Assembly: GCA_963754315.1 (NCBI GenBank)
Contig: CAVWFS010000018.1
Span: 650,047 to 714,046, forward strand
DNA from: an uncultured Candidatus Rokubacteria bacterium
Lineage (GTDB): Bacteria > Methylomirabilota > Methylomirabilia > Rokubacteriales > CSP1-6
DNA length: 64,000 bases
Direction of reading: 5' to 3'
A program made the translations under genes and the position numbers. This document shows positions 10,197 to 19,358 of the stretch, piece by piece. Under the pieces are notes generated by a model. The model did no database searches and was not told the DNA's origin. It saw nothing but the letters and a program-made list of their open reading frames with translations. Every line of letters starts with the position of its first letter. The stretch's first letter is position 1.

Positions 10197-10655
10197 ATGC
10201 TCCGTTTTACCAAGCGTGCCGACTACGGGTTGATGGCGATTCATTATATCGCCGTCCACGAGGCAGTCGGTCCTGTCAGCGCGAAAAGGATCTCCGAGCA
10301 GTTCAATATTCCGCCGGAACTGCTGGCCAAGATCCTCCAGCGCCTGGCCAAGCGGGGACTGATCGCCAGCCAGAATGGGCCCAAGGGCGGCTATGTGCTG
10401 AGCCAGCGCTCGACCCAGGTAACGGTGGGGGATGTGATCCGGGCTCTCGAGGGGCCTGTACGCATCGTGAGCTGTTTGGAAGAATCGAGCGACTGCCCGC
10501 AACTGACCCGTTGCAATCTCCGCCGTCCCGTACAGAAGCTGCAGGTTGCCATCACCCAAATGCTGGACTCGATGAGCTTGGCCGAGCTGACCAGCGACGA
10601 CGTGCCAGAGATGCTTTCGATCGCCGGAACCAAGGAGGCCGACCGATGGCGTTGA
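10197..10655 (+). CDS. iscR: Fe-S cluster assembly transcriptional regulator IscR (Rrf2 family).
   Basis: Rrf2 HTH N-terminus (MLRFTKRADYGLMAIHYIA). Three Cys in VSCLEESSDCPQLTRC. Heads the isc operon. Confidence 0.9.
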   Translation: MLRFTKRADYGLMAIHYIAVHEAVGPVSAKRISEQFNIPPELLAKILQRLAKRGLIASQNGPKGGYVLSQRSTQVTVGDVIRALEGPVRIVSCLEESSDCPQLTRCNLRRPVQKLQVAITQMLDSMSLAELTSDDVPEMLSIAGTKEADRWR

Positions 10656-11872
10656 AGTTCCCGATCTTTCTGGACGCGCAGTCGACCACACCCGGCGATC
10701 CCCGGGTGATCGAGGCGATGATCCCATACTTCACCGAGAAGTTCGGTCATCCAGGCAGTCGTAACCACTCGTTCGGGTGGGAAGCGGAGAGCGCTGTCGA
10801 TCGCGCACGCGAACAGATTGGCAAGCTCATCGGTGCCCGCGATCCCAAAGAGATCGTCTTCACCTCCGGAGGGACGGAAGCGATCAACCTGGCCATCAAG
10901 GGTGTCGCCGAGATGTACCGGGAGAAGGGCAATCACATCGTCACCACCGCCATCGAGCAGCGCGCCGGTCTCGATGTCTGTCGGCGACTCGAGCGCCAGG
11001 GCTTCGTGGTGACCCACGTTCCTGTCCAGGCTGATGGGCTGGTGGACGTGGCCGAGATCGCCAAGGCCATCACCGACAAGACCATCCTGATTTCGGTGAT
11101 GTTCGCGAACAACGAGATCGGGACGATCCAGGACATCGCCGCCGTGGGCAAGCTGGCCAAGGACAAGGGAATCATCTTTCACACCGACGCAACCCAGGCC
11201 GTCGGCAAGATCCCTGTCAACGTGGAGAGCATGGGCGTCGATCTGCTCTCGTGTACCGCGCACCTGCTCTACGGGCCCAAGGGGGTGGGAGCTCTCTATG
11301 TCCGACGCAAAGCACCACGCGTTCGCATCGCGCCGCTTCTCGACGGTGGGGGGCACGAGCGCGGCATGCGATCGGGAACCCTTCCCGTTCCGCTCATCGT
11401 GGGCTTCGGGCGGGCGGCGGAGATTTGCGGCGAGGTGATGACGGAGGAAGGTCGCCGCCTGGCACGGCTGCGCGATACCCTGCAAGACACGATCTTGTCC
11501 AGCGTGGACGAGGCGTTTCTCAACGGCCACCCGGAGCGACGATTGCCGCACAACCTGAACATCTCGTTCGCCTACGTGGAGGGGGAGTCGGTCCTGATGG
11601 GGCTTAACAAGGAGACGGCCCTGTCGTCGGGGTCGGCCTGCACCTCGTCGACCCTGGAGCCATCCTACGTGATCGCCGCCCTCGGGGCCAGCGCCGAGCT
11701 CGCCCACTCCTCGATCCGCTTCAGCTTGCACCGGTTCACCACGGACGAGGAAGTGGCCTACGTGGGGAAGCGCACCATTGAGGTTGTGCAGCGTCTACGG
11801 GACATGTCGCCCCTTTACGAGCTGGCCAAAGAAGGTGTCGACCTGAAGACGATTCAGTGGAAAGCTGAGTAA
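10646..11872 (+). CDS. iscS: cysteine desulfurase IscS.
   Basis: MALKFPIFLDAQSTTP..., PLP-Lys context, active-site loop SSGSACTSS. Start overlaps the iscR stop and is preceded by AAGGAGG. Confidence 0.95.
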   Translation: MALKFPIFLDAQSTTPGDPRVIEAMIPYFTEKFGHPGSRNHSFGWEAESAVDRAREQIGKLIGARDPKEIVFTSGGTEAINLAIKGVAEMYREKGNHIVTTAIEQRAGLDVCRRLERQGFVVTHVPVQADGLVDVAEIAKAITDKTILISVMFANNEIGTIQDIAAVGKLAKDKGIIFHTDATQAVGKIPVNVESMGVDLLSCTAHLLYGPKGVGALYVRRKAPRVRIAPLLDGGGHERGMRSGTLPVPLIVGFGRAAEICGEVMTEEGRRLARLRDTLQDTILSSVDEAFLNGHPERRLPHNLNISFAYVEGESVLMGLNKETALSSGSACTSSTLEPSYVIAALGASAELAHSSIRFSLHRFTTDEEVAYVGKRTIEVVQRLRDMSPLYELAKEGVDLKTIQWKAE

Positions 11873-11887
11873 GGGAGGAGCCGGGGC

Positions 11888-12301
11888 ATGGCGTACAGCG
11901 AAAAGGTCGTAGACCACTACAACAACCCCCGCAACGTGGGGTCCTTCGCCAAGGATACGGCCGGAGTGGGGACAGGGCTCGTGGGGGCGCCGGAGTGCGG
12001 TGACGTCATGAAGCTTCAGATCAAGGTGAATCTCGAAACCGGGGTGATCGAGGACGCCAAGTTCAAGACCTTCGGGTGCGGGAGCGCCATCGCTTCCTCG
12101 AGCCTGGCCACCGAATGGTTGAAGGGGAGAACGGTGGAAGAGGCGGGGAAGATCAAGAACACCGACATCGTGAACGAGCTGAAGCTGCCCCCGGTCAAGA
12201 TTCATTGCTCGGTTCTCGCCGAGGACGCCATCAAGGCGGCTCTGGCGGACTACCGGGACAAGCAGGCGAAGTCGGCGGCGGGGACGGCCGCCCAGGGCTA
12301 G
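11888..12301 (+). CDS. iscU: Fe-S cluster scaffold IscU.
   Basis: GAPECGDVMKLQIKV...FKTFGCGSAIASSS...IHCSVLAEDAIKAA conserved IscU Cys/His ligands. Confidence 0.95.
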   Translation: MAYSEKVVDHYNNPRNVGSFAKDTAGVGTGLVGAPECGDVMKLQIKVNLETGVIEDAKFKTFGCGSAIASSSLATEWLKGRTVEEAGKIKNTDIVNELKLPPVKIHCSVLAEDAIKAALADYRDKQAKSAAGTAAQG

Positions 12302-12314
12302 GAGGGGATCAGTC

Positions 12315-12644
12315 ATGAGTGTCGCGCTCTCGGAAGCTGCTACGAAGCAGGTGAAGGAGCTCAAGCAGGCCCAACGCCTTCCCGACAACGTGTTCCTGCG
12401 CATGGGGGTGAAGGGCGGAGGCTGCTCGGGCATGGCGTACGCGCTGGAGTTCGACTCGGAGATCGGACCCCACGACAAGGAGTTCGAGGTCGATGGGGTG
12501 AAGGTTGTCGTCGACCGCAAGAGCTATCTGTATCTGAACGGCACCACGCTCGACTACGTCAAGCAGGGGTTGACAAGCGGCTTCACGTTCGTGAACCCCA
12601 ACGCCAAATCGAGTTGCGGGTGCGGGACATCGTTCTCGGCTTAA
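12315..12644 (+). CDS. iscA: A-type Fe-S carrier IscA.
   Basis: HesB/IscA signature GGGCSGMAY and C-terminal SCGCGTSF. Confidence 0.9.
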   Translation: MSVALSEAATKQVKELKQAQRLPDNVFLRMGVKGGGCSGMAYALEFDSEIGPHDKEFEVDGVKVVVDRKSYLYLNGTTLDYVKQGLTSGFTFVNPNAKSSCGCGTSFSA

Positions 12645-12664
12645 CCGGGTGAGGCGACCGCAAC

Positions 12665-12702
12665 GCCAACGGGCCCGGCTGACCGGGCCCGTTGGCATTT
12701 TT
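12665..12702 (+). terminator. perfect 14-bp GC-rich hairpin followed by a T-tract between iscA and hscB (intrinsic terminator or attenuator inside the isc operon).
   Basis: GCCAACGGGCCCGG-CTGA-CCGGGCCCGTTGGC followed by ATTTTT. Confidence 0.6.
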
Positions 12703-12724
12703 GGACATGCGTCGTGGGAGGGAC

Positions 12725-13316
12725 ATGGACTACTTCGAGATCTTCGGGCTGCCCCGGCGGTTGGCCGTTGACGAGAGCAGCGCTGCAGCGGCGCTTCTAT
12801 GAGCTATCCCGCCAGCATCACCCTGACTTTCATCTGGGTGCCTCGCCGGAGGATCAGGCGCGGGCCCTGAGCACATCGGCCCTGGTCAACGCCGCGTACC
12901 GCGCTCTGCGTGACCCCATCCGACGGATCGAGTATCTGCTTCGCCTCGAAGAGGGACGCGACGCGGAGGAGGGTGAAGCGGTCAAGCCCAAAGCCAGCCC
13001 TGGTCTGCTCGCCGAGATGTTCGAGATCCAGGAGGCACTCCAGGAAGCCAAGGGGGGCGGCGTCGACGAGGCCGGACTGGAGGCTCTGCGTCGGCAACGC
13101 GACGAGCTGAGCGCGCGCTGCCGCGCCGAGGAAACGCGCCTACAGGAGTCGCTTTCGCAGGCGTGGGACGCCGCCCCGCTCGTCGAGCGACCCCGAGCGT
13201 CGGCCGCTCTGCGGGAGGCGCTCGCCACTCGCGCCTATCTGCGGACCGTCATCGATGATCTCAGCCAGGTCCTGGGGGAGGAACAAGAGCCGCATGTCGC
13301 GCATCATCGGCATTGA
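12725..13316 (+). CDS. hscB: Fe-S co-chaperone HscB (J-domain). The N-terminus is encoded in a different frame from the rest of the gene, with an apparent +1 frameshift near 12776-12785.
   Basis: MDYFEIFGLPRRLAVDES (ATG 12725, frame 2) continues as ALQRRFYELSRQHHPDFH (HPD motif) in frame 0, which is ORF 12714..13316. Confidence 0.8.
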
Positions 13317-15126
13317 TCTGGGGACGACCAATAGCCTCGTCGCCTATGTGGACGAGGGGACGGGGCTTCCTCGCGTCATTGCCGACGCGAGCGGGGAAGT
13401 CCTGTTGCCATCCGTGGTCTCGTTCACCCCTGGCGGGATCCTCGTGGGGCATGCCGCGCGGCGCGCGCTGGTCAGGGAGCCGCGGAGCACGATCTATTCG
13501 GTCAAGCGGTTCATGGGGCGAGGTTTCGACGACGTCCGCGACGAGCTTCGCTACTTTCCGTTTACCGTGCGGGCGGTCGACGGCGTCGTCCGTCTGGTGG
13601 CCGGCGACCGTGAGGTGACGCCGCCCGAGGTGTCGGCCGTCATTCTCAAGTCCTTGCGGGAGCGGGCGGCGGCACACCTCGGGGAATCGATCGAGAAGGC
13701 GGTGGTCACCGTGCCCGCCTATTTCAACGATAGCCAGCGGCAGGCCACGCGTGACGCGGGCCGCATCGCGGGCCTCGACGTCGTCCGCATCGTCAACGAG
13801 CCCACGGCGGCTTCCCTCGCCTATGGGTTGCAGCGGCGCCGCGACGGCCTGATCGCCGTCTACGACCTTGGGGGCGGAACGTTCGATATCTCGATTCTGC
13901 GCGTGAAGGACGGAGTGTTCGAGGTGCTGGCCACCAATGGCGACACGCACCTCGGCGGCGACGACGTCGACCGGGCCATCCAGGTGATGTTCTTGGGGGA
14001 CATCCGAACCCGCCACGGGGTCGATCTGGGGGATGATGTCGAGGCCCTCCAGGAGCTCCGCTTGGCGGCGGAGGCAGCCAAGATCCGGCTGTCCACCGAG
14101 GAGCGGACCGTGGTGACCATCCCCTTCGATGGCTTCGTGTACCAGCGGCAGATGAGCCGCCGCGAGCTCGAGGTGCTCATGGAGCCCCTCGTCGCGCGAA
14201 CCCTCCAGCCGTGCCGGGGAGCCCTGCTCGATGCGGGGCTCACGGCAGCTGATATCGACGAGGTCGTTCTCGTGGGCGGATCGACCCGGGTGCCCCTGGT
14301 GCGCCGCCGCGTTCAGGAGCTGTTCGGGCGGACCCCGCACAGTCAGATCAACCCCGACGAGGTCGTGGCGCTCGGCGCCGCCGTGCAGGCTCACATCATG
14401 TCGGGAGGGATCGACCACATGCTGCTGCTCGATGTCACCCCGCTCTCGCTGGGGATCGAGACGTTGGGCGGCATCGTGAGCGTGCTCATTCATCGCAACA
14501 CGACCATCCCCACCAGTGCCAAGGAGCTGTTCACGACCTCGGTCGACGGACAGCGGGTGGTCGACCTGCACGTGGTGCAAGGCGAGCGCGAGCTGGCCAA
14601 GGACTGCCGCTCCCTCGCTCGCTTCGAGCTCTCCGACATCGATCCCATGCCGGCCGGTATGCCGAAGATCGAGATGACCTTCCTGATCGATGCCAATGGC
14701 ATCCTGCAAGTGACGGCGCGTGAGCTCCGCACGGGCAAGGTGGCCTCCATCGACGTGCGGCCGACGTACGGGTTGGCGGAGGCGGACGTGGCGCGGATGG
14801 TGGAAGAGTCGTTCACCTACGCGGAGGCGGACGTGGAGGCGCGCCTGCTCATCGAGACCCGCACGGAGGCCGAGACGGTCATCACGCACGTGGAGCGCGC
14901 CCTGCGGCAAGCGGGCGACCTCGCCACCGCCGAGGAGCGCGAGCAGATCGCCGCCGGGCTGGGGGAACTCCGGCGGGCGTGCGAGGGCACGGATCGAGAT
15001 CTCATCCGCGACAGGACCACCGAGCTCAACCGGATCACGGCCAGGCTGGCCGAGGAGATGATGGACGCCGCCCTCCGCGGGGCGCTCGGTCAGACGACGG
15101 CCGGGCAGAGGGAGGACCCCGCCTGA
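13294..15126 (+). CDS. hscA: Fe-S chaperone HscA (Hsp70 family).
   Basis: [18 protein letters not shown], Hsp70 signatures. Internal start MSRIIG chosen. Overlaps the hscB end. Confidence 0.9.
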   Translation: MSRIIGIDLGTTNSLVAYVDEGTGLPRVIADASGEVLLPSVVSFTPGGILVGHAARRALVREPRSTIYSVKRFMGRGFDDVRDELRYFPFTVRAVDGVVRLVAGDREVTPPEVSAVILKSLRERAAAHLGESIEKAVVTVPAYFNDSQRQATRDAGRIAGLDVVRIVNEPTAASLAYGLQRRRDGLIAVYDLGGGTFDISILRVKDGVFEVLATNGDTHLGGDDVDRAIQVMFLGDIRTRHGVDLGDDVEALQELRLAAEAAKIRLSTEERTVVTIPFDGFVYQRQMSRRELEVLMEPLVARTLQPCRGALLDAGLTAADIDEVVLVGGSTRVPLVRRRVQELFGRTPHSQINPDEVVALGAAVQAHIMSGGIDHMLLLDVTPLSLGIETLGGIVSVLIHRNTTIPTSAKELFTTSVDGQRVVDLHVVQGERELAKDCRSLARFELSDIDPMPAGMPKIEMTFLIDANGILQVTARELRTGKVASIDVRPTYGLAEADVARMVEESFTYAEADVEARLLIETRTEAETVITHVERALRQAGDLATAEEREQIAAGLGELRRACEGTDRDLIRDRTTELNRITARLAEEMMDAALRGALGQTTAGQREDPA

Positions 15127-15449
15127 TGGCCGTGCACAAGGTGACGTTTCTCCCCGCCAATGTCACCATCGAGGTCGACGATGCGAAGTACCCCCTCGCC
15201 GATCACGGCCGACCTGGCTCCCTCCTCGACATCGCTCTTGCTCACGACGTCTCTCTCGAGCACAACTGCGGCGGAAGCTGCGCCTGCACCACCTGTCATG
15301 TCATCGTGCGCCAGGGCGAATCGCATCTCTCGGCGATGGAAGCCGACGAGGAAGATCGACTCGACATGGCCGAGGGGCTGACCATTCACTCCCGTCTTGG
15401 CTGCCAGGCGATCGTGCAGGGCGACGTGACGGTGGAGATTCCCAAGTGA
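15126..15449 (+). CDS. fdx: [2Fe-2S] ferredoxin of the ISC system.
   Basis: [11 protein letters not shown]...C ligands. TGATG overlap with the hscA stop. Confidence 0.9.
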   Translation: MAVHKVTFLPANVTIEVDDAKYPLADHGRPGSLLDIALAHDVSLEHNCGGSCACTTCHVIVRQGESHLSAMEADEEDRLDMAEGLTIHSRLGCQAIVQGDVTVEIPK

Positions 15450-15454
15450 CACAG

Positions 15455-15655
15455 ATGGGTTGGCGCGACGCGGAAGATATCGGCATCGCCCTGGCCGAGC
15501 GTTTTCCCGACCTCGATCCCCTCACGGTGCGTTTCACCGATCTGCATCGCTGGGTGACCGAGTTGCCCGGGTTCGGCGATGACCCGAAGGGGTCGAACGA
15601 AAAGATCTTGGAAACCATTCAGATGGCCTGGCTGGACGAGTACCGGAACCGCTAG
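15455..15655 (+). CDS. iscX: IscX (YfhJ) Fe-S assembly accessory protein.
   Basis: [34 protein letters not shown]...[15 protein letters not shown] matches E. coli IscX closely. Confidence 0.85.
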   Translation: MGWRDAEDIGIALAERFPDLDPLTVRFTDLHRWVTELPGFGDDPKGSNEKILETIQMAWLDEYRNR

Positions 15656-15674
15656 GGTCTCTCCACCCGATGCC

Positions 15675-15896
15675 TCACCAACTGATCACTTGATCGGCAG
15701 CGAAGACGAGATCCAGGAGTTGGTCATACGAGAGGTCGGCGGGAACACGATGTGTGGTCACCCCGGGCGGGAGCGCGAGGAGTCCGGGGCCGGTCACGGC
15801 CACCGTCACCGTATCGCCGGCCGCGACCTGTCCGCGGATGACGTCGAGAGCACGCGACCAATCGGGCTGGCCGACAATGTGGAGCACGGCCGCCAT
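15675..15896 (-). CDS. DsrH/TusB-like sulfur-relay protein.
   Basis: About 73 aa from MAAVLHIV to the C-terminal W. Resembles the TusB/DsrH fold. Third gene of a DsrE-F-H ordered triplet. Confidence 0.55.
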   Translation of the reverse strand: MAAVLHIVGQPDWSRALDVIRGQVAAGDTVTVAVTGPGLLALPPGVTTHRVPADLSYDQLLDLVFAADQVISW

Positions 15897-16252
15897 CAGA
15901 AGCTGAGGACGCGCCGGCTGGCACGCACGAGGTCGACGATGGTGGCTGCGTTCACGAGTCTGACGGGATGGCCATCGGCGTTCCAATCGGACTCGGACGG
16001 CCGCGACGCCTCCTCCACGTGGAAGGGGATTCCAAGGGCCTTAAGGTTGGAGCGAAACTTGGCAATGTCGTCACCATCGACGAGGTCATCGGTATCGCCG
16101 TCGAGGAGGTGGACACCGGGACCCGTGAGCACGAAGGTGACCTCGTTCTCTCCCGAGACGATGCCAAGCCCGATCCGCATGGCCTCATTGGCCCGGTGGG
16201 ACTGGCGGGGATCGAGGGAGATGAGCACGAGGACGGGGCCCTGGTCGGTCAC
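15896..16252 (-). CDS. DsrF/TusC-like sulfur-relay protein.
   Basis: 118 aa DsrE/DsrF-like fold (VLVLISLDPRQSHRANEAMRIGLGIV...EVTFVLTGPGV). Middle gene of the triplet. Confidence 0.55.
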   Translation of the reverse strand: MTDQGPVLVLISLDPRQSHRANEAMRIGLGIVSGENEVTFVLTGPGVHLLDGDTDDLVDGDDIAKFRSNLKALGIPFHVEEASRPSESDWNADGHPVRLVNAATIVDLVRASRRVLSF

Positions 16253-16268
16253 GAGACGGCGAGGGGGC

Positions 16269-16592
16269 TCAGTTGAGCGCGATGAAGCGGTCGGTGCCGT
16301 TGATGATGTCGGTCAGCACCACCAGACCGCAGTACGTGATGTCGCTGGCGTCCTCCAATGGGATCCTGCGCTTCTGGCACCCGTAGGCGCAGACGAAGAG
16401 CTTGGCTCCCTGTGCGGGCAGTGCGCGCACACGCGGTTCGGCGAGGGCGGTGACCCCGTCGTCGATGAGGTAGAGATACACGGACGCCCCACGCCCGAGG
16501 GCAGCGGTGGCCAGGCCGAGGGCCGTTTCGAGGTTCACATGCTGGGGCCCGGTCGAGAGCATCAGACCGAGCTTTTTTCGGGCTAGATCCAT
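16269..16592 (-). CDS. DsrE/TusD-like sulfur-relay protein (candidate active-site Cys in KLFVCAYGC).
   Basis: DsrE-family architecture with a conserved Cys region. Probable start at MDLARKK. Divergent from the nifS-like gene. Confidence 0.55.
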   Translation of the reverse strand: MDLARKKLGLMLSTGPQHVNLETALGLATAALGRGASVYLYLIDDGVTALAEPRVRALPAQGAKLFVCAYGCQKRRIPLEDASDITYCGLVVLTDIINGTDRFIALN

Positions 16593-16632
16593 CCGGGGGA
16601 GCCTAGCATCGGGTAGGGAGGAGAGCAAGCGC

Positions 16633-17790
16633 ATGAGTCGTCGAGTGTACCTGGATCACAACGCGTCGACGCCGGTCCATCCCGAAGTCGTGGCGGAGAT
16701 GCTGCCGTTCTTGACCGAGCGTTTTGGCAACCCGTCGAGTGTGCACGCCTTTGGCCGCGAAGCGCGGGAAGGGCTCGACCTGGCTCGTGAAAAGGTGGCC
16801 CGGCTACTCGGGGTGCGGCCGGACGAGGTCGTCTTCACGTCGGGGGGGACGGAGTCGGACAACTTCGCGCTCAAGGGGCTGGCGGAGGCAAGAGGGAAGG
16901 GACACATCATCACCTCGCGCATCGAGCACCACGCGGTGCTTCGGACATGCCAGGCTCTGGAGAGCCTCGGCTTCGCAGTCACCTATCTCCCAGTGGACAA
17001 GCACGGTATGGTCGACCCCGACGACGTCCGCCGCGCCATTCGCCCGGACACGTTCATCGTCAGCGTGATGCACGCTAACAGCGAGATCGGTACCGTTCAG
17101 CCCATCGCTGCCATCGGGGCCGTGGCCCGTGAGCACGACATCACTTTCCATGTGGACGCCGTGCAGACCTTCGGGAAGATCCCGATCGAGGTGGAGGGTT
17201 GGGGAATTGACCTCCTATCTTGCTCGGCGCATAAGATCTACGGTCCAAAGGGGGTGGCCGCCCTCTTCATCCGACGAGGGACTAAGATGGTCTCCATCCA
17301 GCACGGGGGCGAGCACGAACGTCGCCGCCGAGCCGGGACAGAGAACGTGGCCAGTATTGTGGGCTTTGGCAAGGCGGCGGAGGTGCGAGCGCGTGACATG
17401 GTGGAGGAAGGCAAGCGTCTGCGCGCCCTCCGTGAGCGCCTGTGGGAGGGGATCAGCGCACGCGTGCCCGACGTGCGGCTGAACGGCCATCCGACGGCGC
17501 GCGTGCCCGGCACCGTCAACCTGGGTTTCCGCCACGTGGAATCGGAGTCCATCGTGCTGGGCCTCGACCTGAAAGGTATCGCAGTCTCCGCTGGCTCTGC
17601 CTGTACCTCCGGGAATGTCGAGCCGTCCTACGTCCTGGTGGCCATGGGAGTTGCCCTCGAATGGGCCATGGGGGCCGTGCGCTGTTCGCTCGGACGCGAG
17701 ACCACCGCAGAGGACGTGGACTATGTCATCGACTGTGCGGTACCCCTCGTGCGCAAGCTCCGTGAGGCCCTTCCGGCGGCCGCCGTCTGA
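16633..17790 (+). CDS. second cysteine desulfurase (NifS/IscS-like, class I aminotransferase-V).
   Basis: [21 protein letters not shown] (PLP-Lys), active-site loop SAGSACTSG. Start MSRRVY at 16633. Confidence 0.9.
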   Translation: MSRRVYLDHNASTPVHPEVVAEMLPFLTERFGNPSSVHAFGREAREGLDLAREKVARLLGVRPDEVVFTSGGTESDNFALKGLAEARGKGHIITSRIEHHAVLRTCQALESLGFAVTYLPVDKHGMVDPDDVRRAIRPDTFIVSVMHANSEIGTVQPIAAIGAVAREHDITFHVDAVQTFGKIPIEVEGWGIDLLSCSAHKIYGPKGVAALFIRRGTKMVSIQHGGEHERRRRAGTENVASIVGFGKAAEVRARDMVEEGKRLRALRERLWEGISARVPDVRLNGHPTARVPGTVNLGFRHVESESIVLGLDLKGIAVSAGSACTSGNVEPSYVLVAMGVALEWAMGAVRCSLGRETTAEDVDYVIDCAVPLVRKLREALPAAAV

Positions 17791-17801
17791 GGTACGAGAC
17801 C

Positions 17802-18467
17802 ATGTTTGACTCGATCCGCCGCGACATTCAAGTGGTCCTCGAGCGCGATCCAGCCGCCCGCTCAGCTCTGGAGGTTCTGGTTTGCTATCCGGGGGTCCAC
17901 GCCCTCGCCTTTCATCGCCTCGGGCATCGCTTCTGGCAGGCAGGATGGCCGACCCTGGCCCGTTTCACCTCCCATGTCGCACGCGCCCTCACCGGCATCG
18001 AGATCCATCCCGCCGCCCGGCTCGGGAATGGTCTCTTCATCGATCACGGGATGGGGGTGGTGATCGGAGAGACGGCGGAGGTCGGGGAAAATGTGACTTT
18101 GCTCCAGGGGGTGACACTCGGCGGGACCAGCCTCAAGCGTGAGAAGCGCCATCCTACGCTCGGCGACAACGTGGTCGTGGGGGCGGGTGCGGCCGTCCTC
18201 GGCGCCATCGCCATCGGTGACAACAGCCGGATCGGAGCCGGTTCGGTCGTGGTGCGCGACGTGCCGGCCAACGCCGTGGTGGTGGGTGTCCCGGGGAAGG
18301 TGACCTACAAAGACGGCCAGCGGGTGAGCGCCGGGATTGACCTGAACCAGACGGATCTGCCCGATCCGGTCGCGAAAGCGATCGAGCATCTGCTCGACCG
18401 CATCCAGACGCTCGAGGGGGAGGTCGAGGCGCTCCGGCGCGTGACGGAGTCGGAGCGGGTCGAGTGA
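17802..18467 (+). CDS. cysE: serine O-acetyltransferase.
   Basis: SAT N-terminal domain plus hexapeptide repeats ([41 protein letters not shown]). Confidence 0.9.
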   Translation: MFDSIRRDIQVVLERDPAARSALEVLVCYPGVHALAFHRLGHRFWQAGWPTLARFTSHVARALTGIEIHPAARLGNGLFIDHGMGVVIGETAEVGENVTLLQGVTLGGTSLKREKRHPTLGDNVVVGAGAAVLGAIAIGDNSRIGAGSVVVRDVPANAVVVGVPGKVTYKDGQRVSAGIDLNQTDLPDPVAKAIEHLLDRIQTLEGEVEALRRVTESERVE

Positions 18468-18485
18468 ACTGCCGGGTGACCTGAC

Positions 18486-19055
18486 ATGAACCGGGAAACG
18501 GCGTGGGCGATTCTGACCGAATTCACCCAGGGCGATAGCCTCCGAAAGCACGCTCGGGCCGTGGAGGCCTCCATGCGCGCGTACGCGGTCCGCTTCGGAG
18601 AGGATCCCGAGGTGTGGGGCACCGCCGGGATCTTGCACGACTTCGACTACGAGATGCATCCACTTGCCCCGGCCCACCCACTGAAAGGGGCCGAGATCCT
18701 GCTCGCCCGCGGTGTCTCCGACCCTGTCATTCGCGCCATCGTTGCCCACGCTGACTACGCTGGCATGCCGCGGGTGACGTTGCTCGACCGAGCGCTTTAC
18801 GCTTGCGACGAGCCCACGGGTTTCATCCATGCCTGCGCCCTCGTCCGGCCGGGTCGCGTCATCAGTGGCATGCCCGCTTCGTCGGTGCGCAAGAAGCTCA
18901 AGGACAAGGGGTTTGCACGCACGGTGAACCGCGACGATGTGTATCGGGGCGCGGTCGAGTTGGGCATCGAACTCGACGAGCACTGCGACTTCATCGTGGC
19001 GGCCCTGAGCGAGATCGCCCCCGAAATCGGTTTGCGCCAATCTTCCGAAACCTAG
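18486..19055 (+). CDS. HD-domain phosphohydrolase.
   Basis: Spaced H...HD...D metal-binding residues (GILHDFDYEMH, AHADYAG). Family level only. Confidence 0.65.
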   Translation: MNRETAWAILTEFTQGDSLRKHARAVEASMRAYAVRFGEDPEVWGTAGILHDFDYEMHPLAPAHPLKGAEILLARGVSDPVIRAIVAHADYAGMPRVTLLDRALYACDEPTGFIHACALVRPGRVISGMPASSVRKKLKDKGFARTVNRDDVYRGAVELGIELDEHCDFIVAALSEIAPEIGLRQSSET

Positions 19056-19116
19056 CCGGTTCGACTCCGGCTCTCGGGGGCCTGTCAAAACTCCGCTGCA
19101 AGCCGCGATAAGGTCT

Positions 19117-19350
19117 CGAGGGCGTCCTGAGCGAGGTGGGGTTTGGGGGGGGGCCCGCCATTTCGGGGCCTACGAGAGCGAGCGCAGGACCGAGGGGCGC
19201 CCCGGGTAACCCGGGGCGTCCTGAGCGAAGGGGGGTTTGGGGGGCCATTTCGGGGCCCCCACGAGCGAGCGCAGGACCGAGGGGCGCCCCGGGTAACCCG
19301 GGGCGTCCTGAGCGAAGGGGGGTTTGGGGGGCCATTTCGGGGCCCCCCAA
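19117..19350. repeat. about 2.6 tandem copies of an ~87-bp GC-rich element carrying nested palindromes/hairpins (REP-like or MITE-like).
   Basis: Unit GGGGCGTCCTGAGCGAAGGGGGGTTTGGGGGGCCATTTCGGGGCCCCCACGAGCGAGCGCAGGACCGAGGGGCGCCCCGGGTAACCC is repeated directly. Contains GGGGCGCCCC, CCCGGG-TAA-CCCGGG and GGGGGGCC-ATTTC-GGGGCCCCC. Confidence 0.85.
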
Positions 19351-19358
19351 TAAAACAA

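Noticed and set aside
10160-10645. 570-aa iscS ORF starting at 10160, inside iscR in another frame.
   Set aside because: IscS homology begins at MALKF (10646) with a good RBS. The upstream part overlaps iscR and has no homology.
13261-14910. 549-aa minus-strand ORF antisense to hscA, with similar long antisense ORFs at 2510..3565, 17862..19088, 20150..21271, 21367..22554, 43929..45143 and 60882..62246.
   Set aside because: Shadow ORFs typical of high-GC DNA. Each lies opposite a well-supported conserved gene, has Arg/Pro/Gly-rich low-complexity translation and no recognisable domain.
19117-19350. Possible CRISPR array.
   Set aside because: Units are about 87 bp, directly contiguous with no unique spacers, and no cas genes are nearby. 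These are tandem structured repeats, not CRISPR.
19136-19358. ORF-track N-terminal extensions of dinB (19143) and the ORF at 19136 running through the tandem repeats, and the similar extension of accC from 22351.
   Set aside because: The translated repeats (GPFRGPHERAQDRGAPRVTRGVLSEGG repeated) come from reading a structured intergenic repeat. The conserved N-termini start after the repeats.
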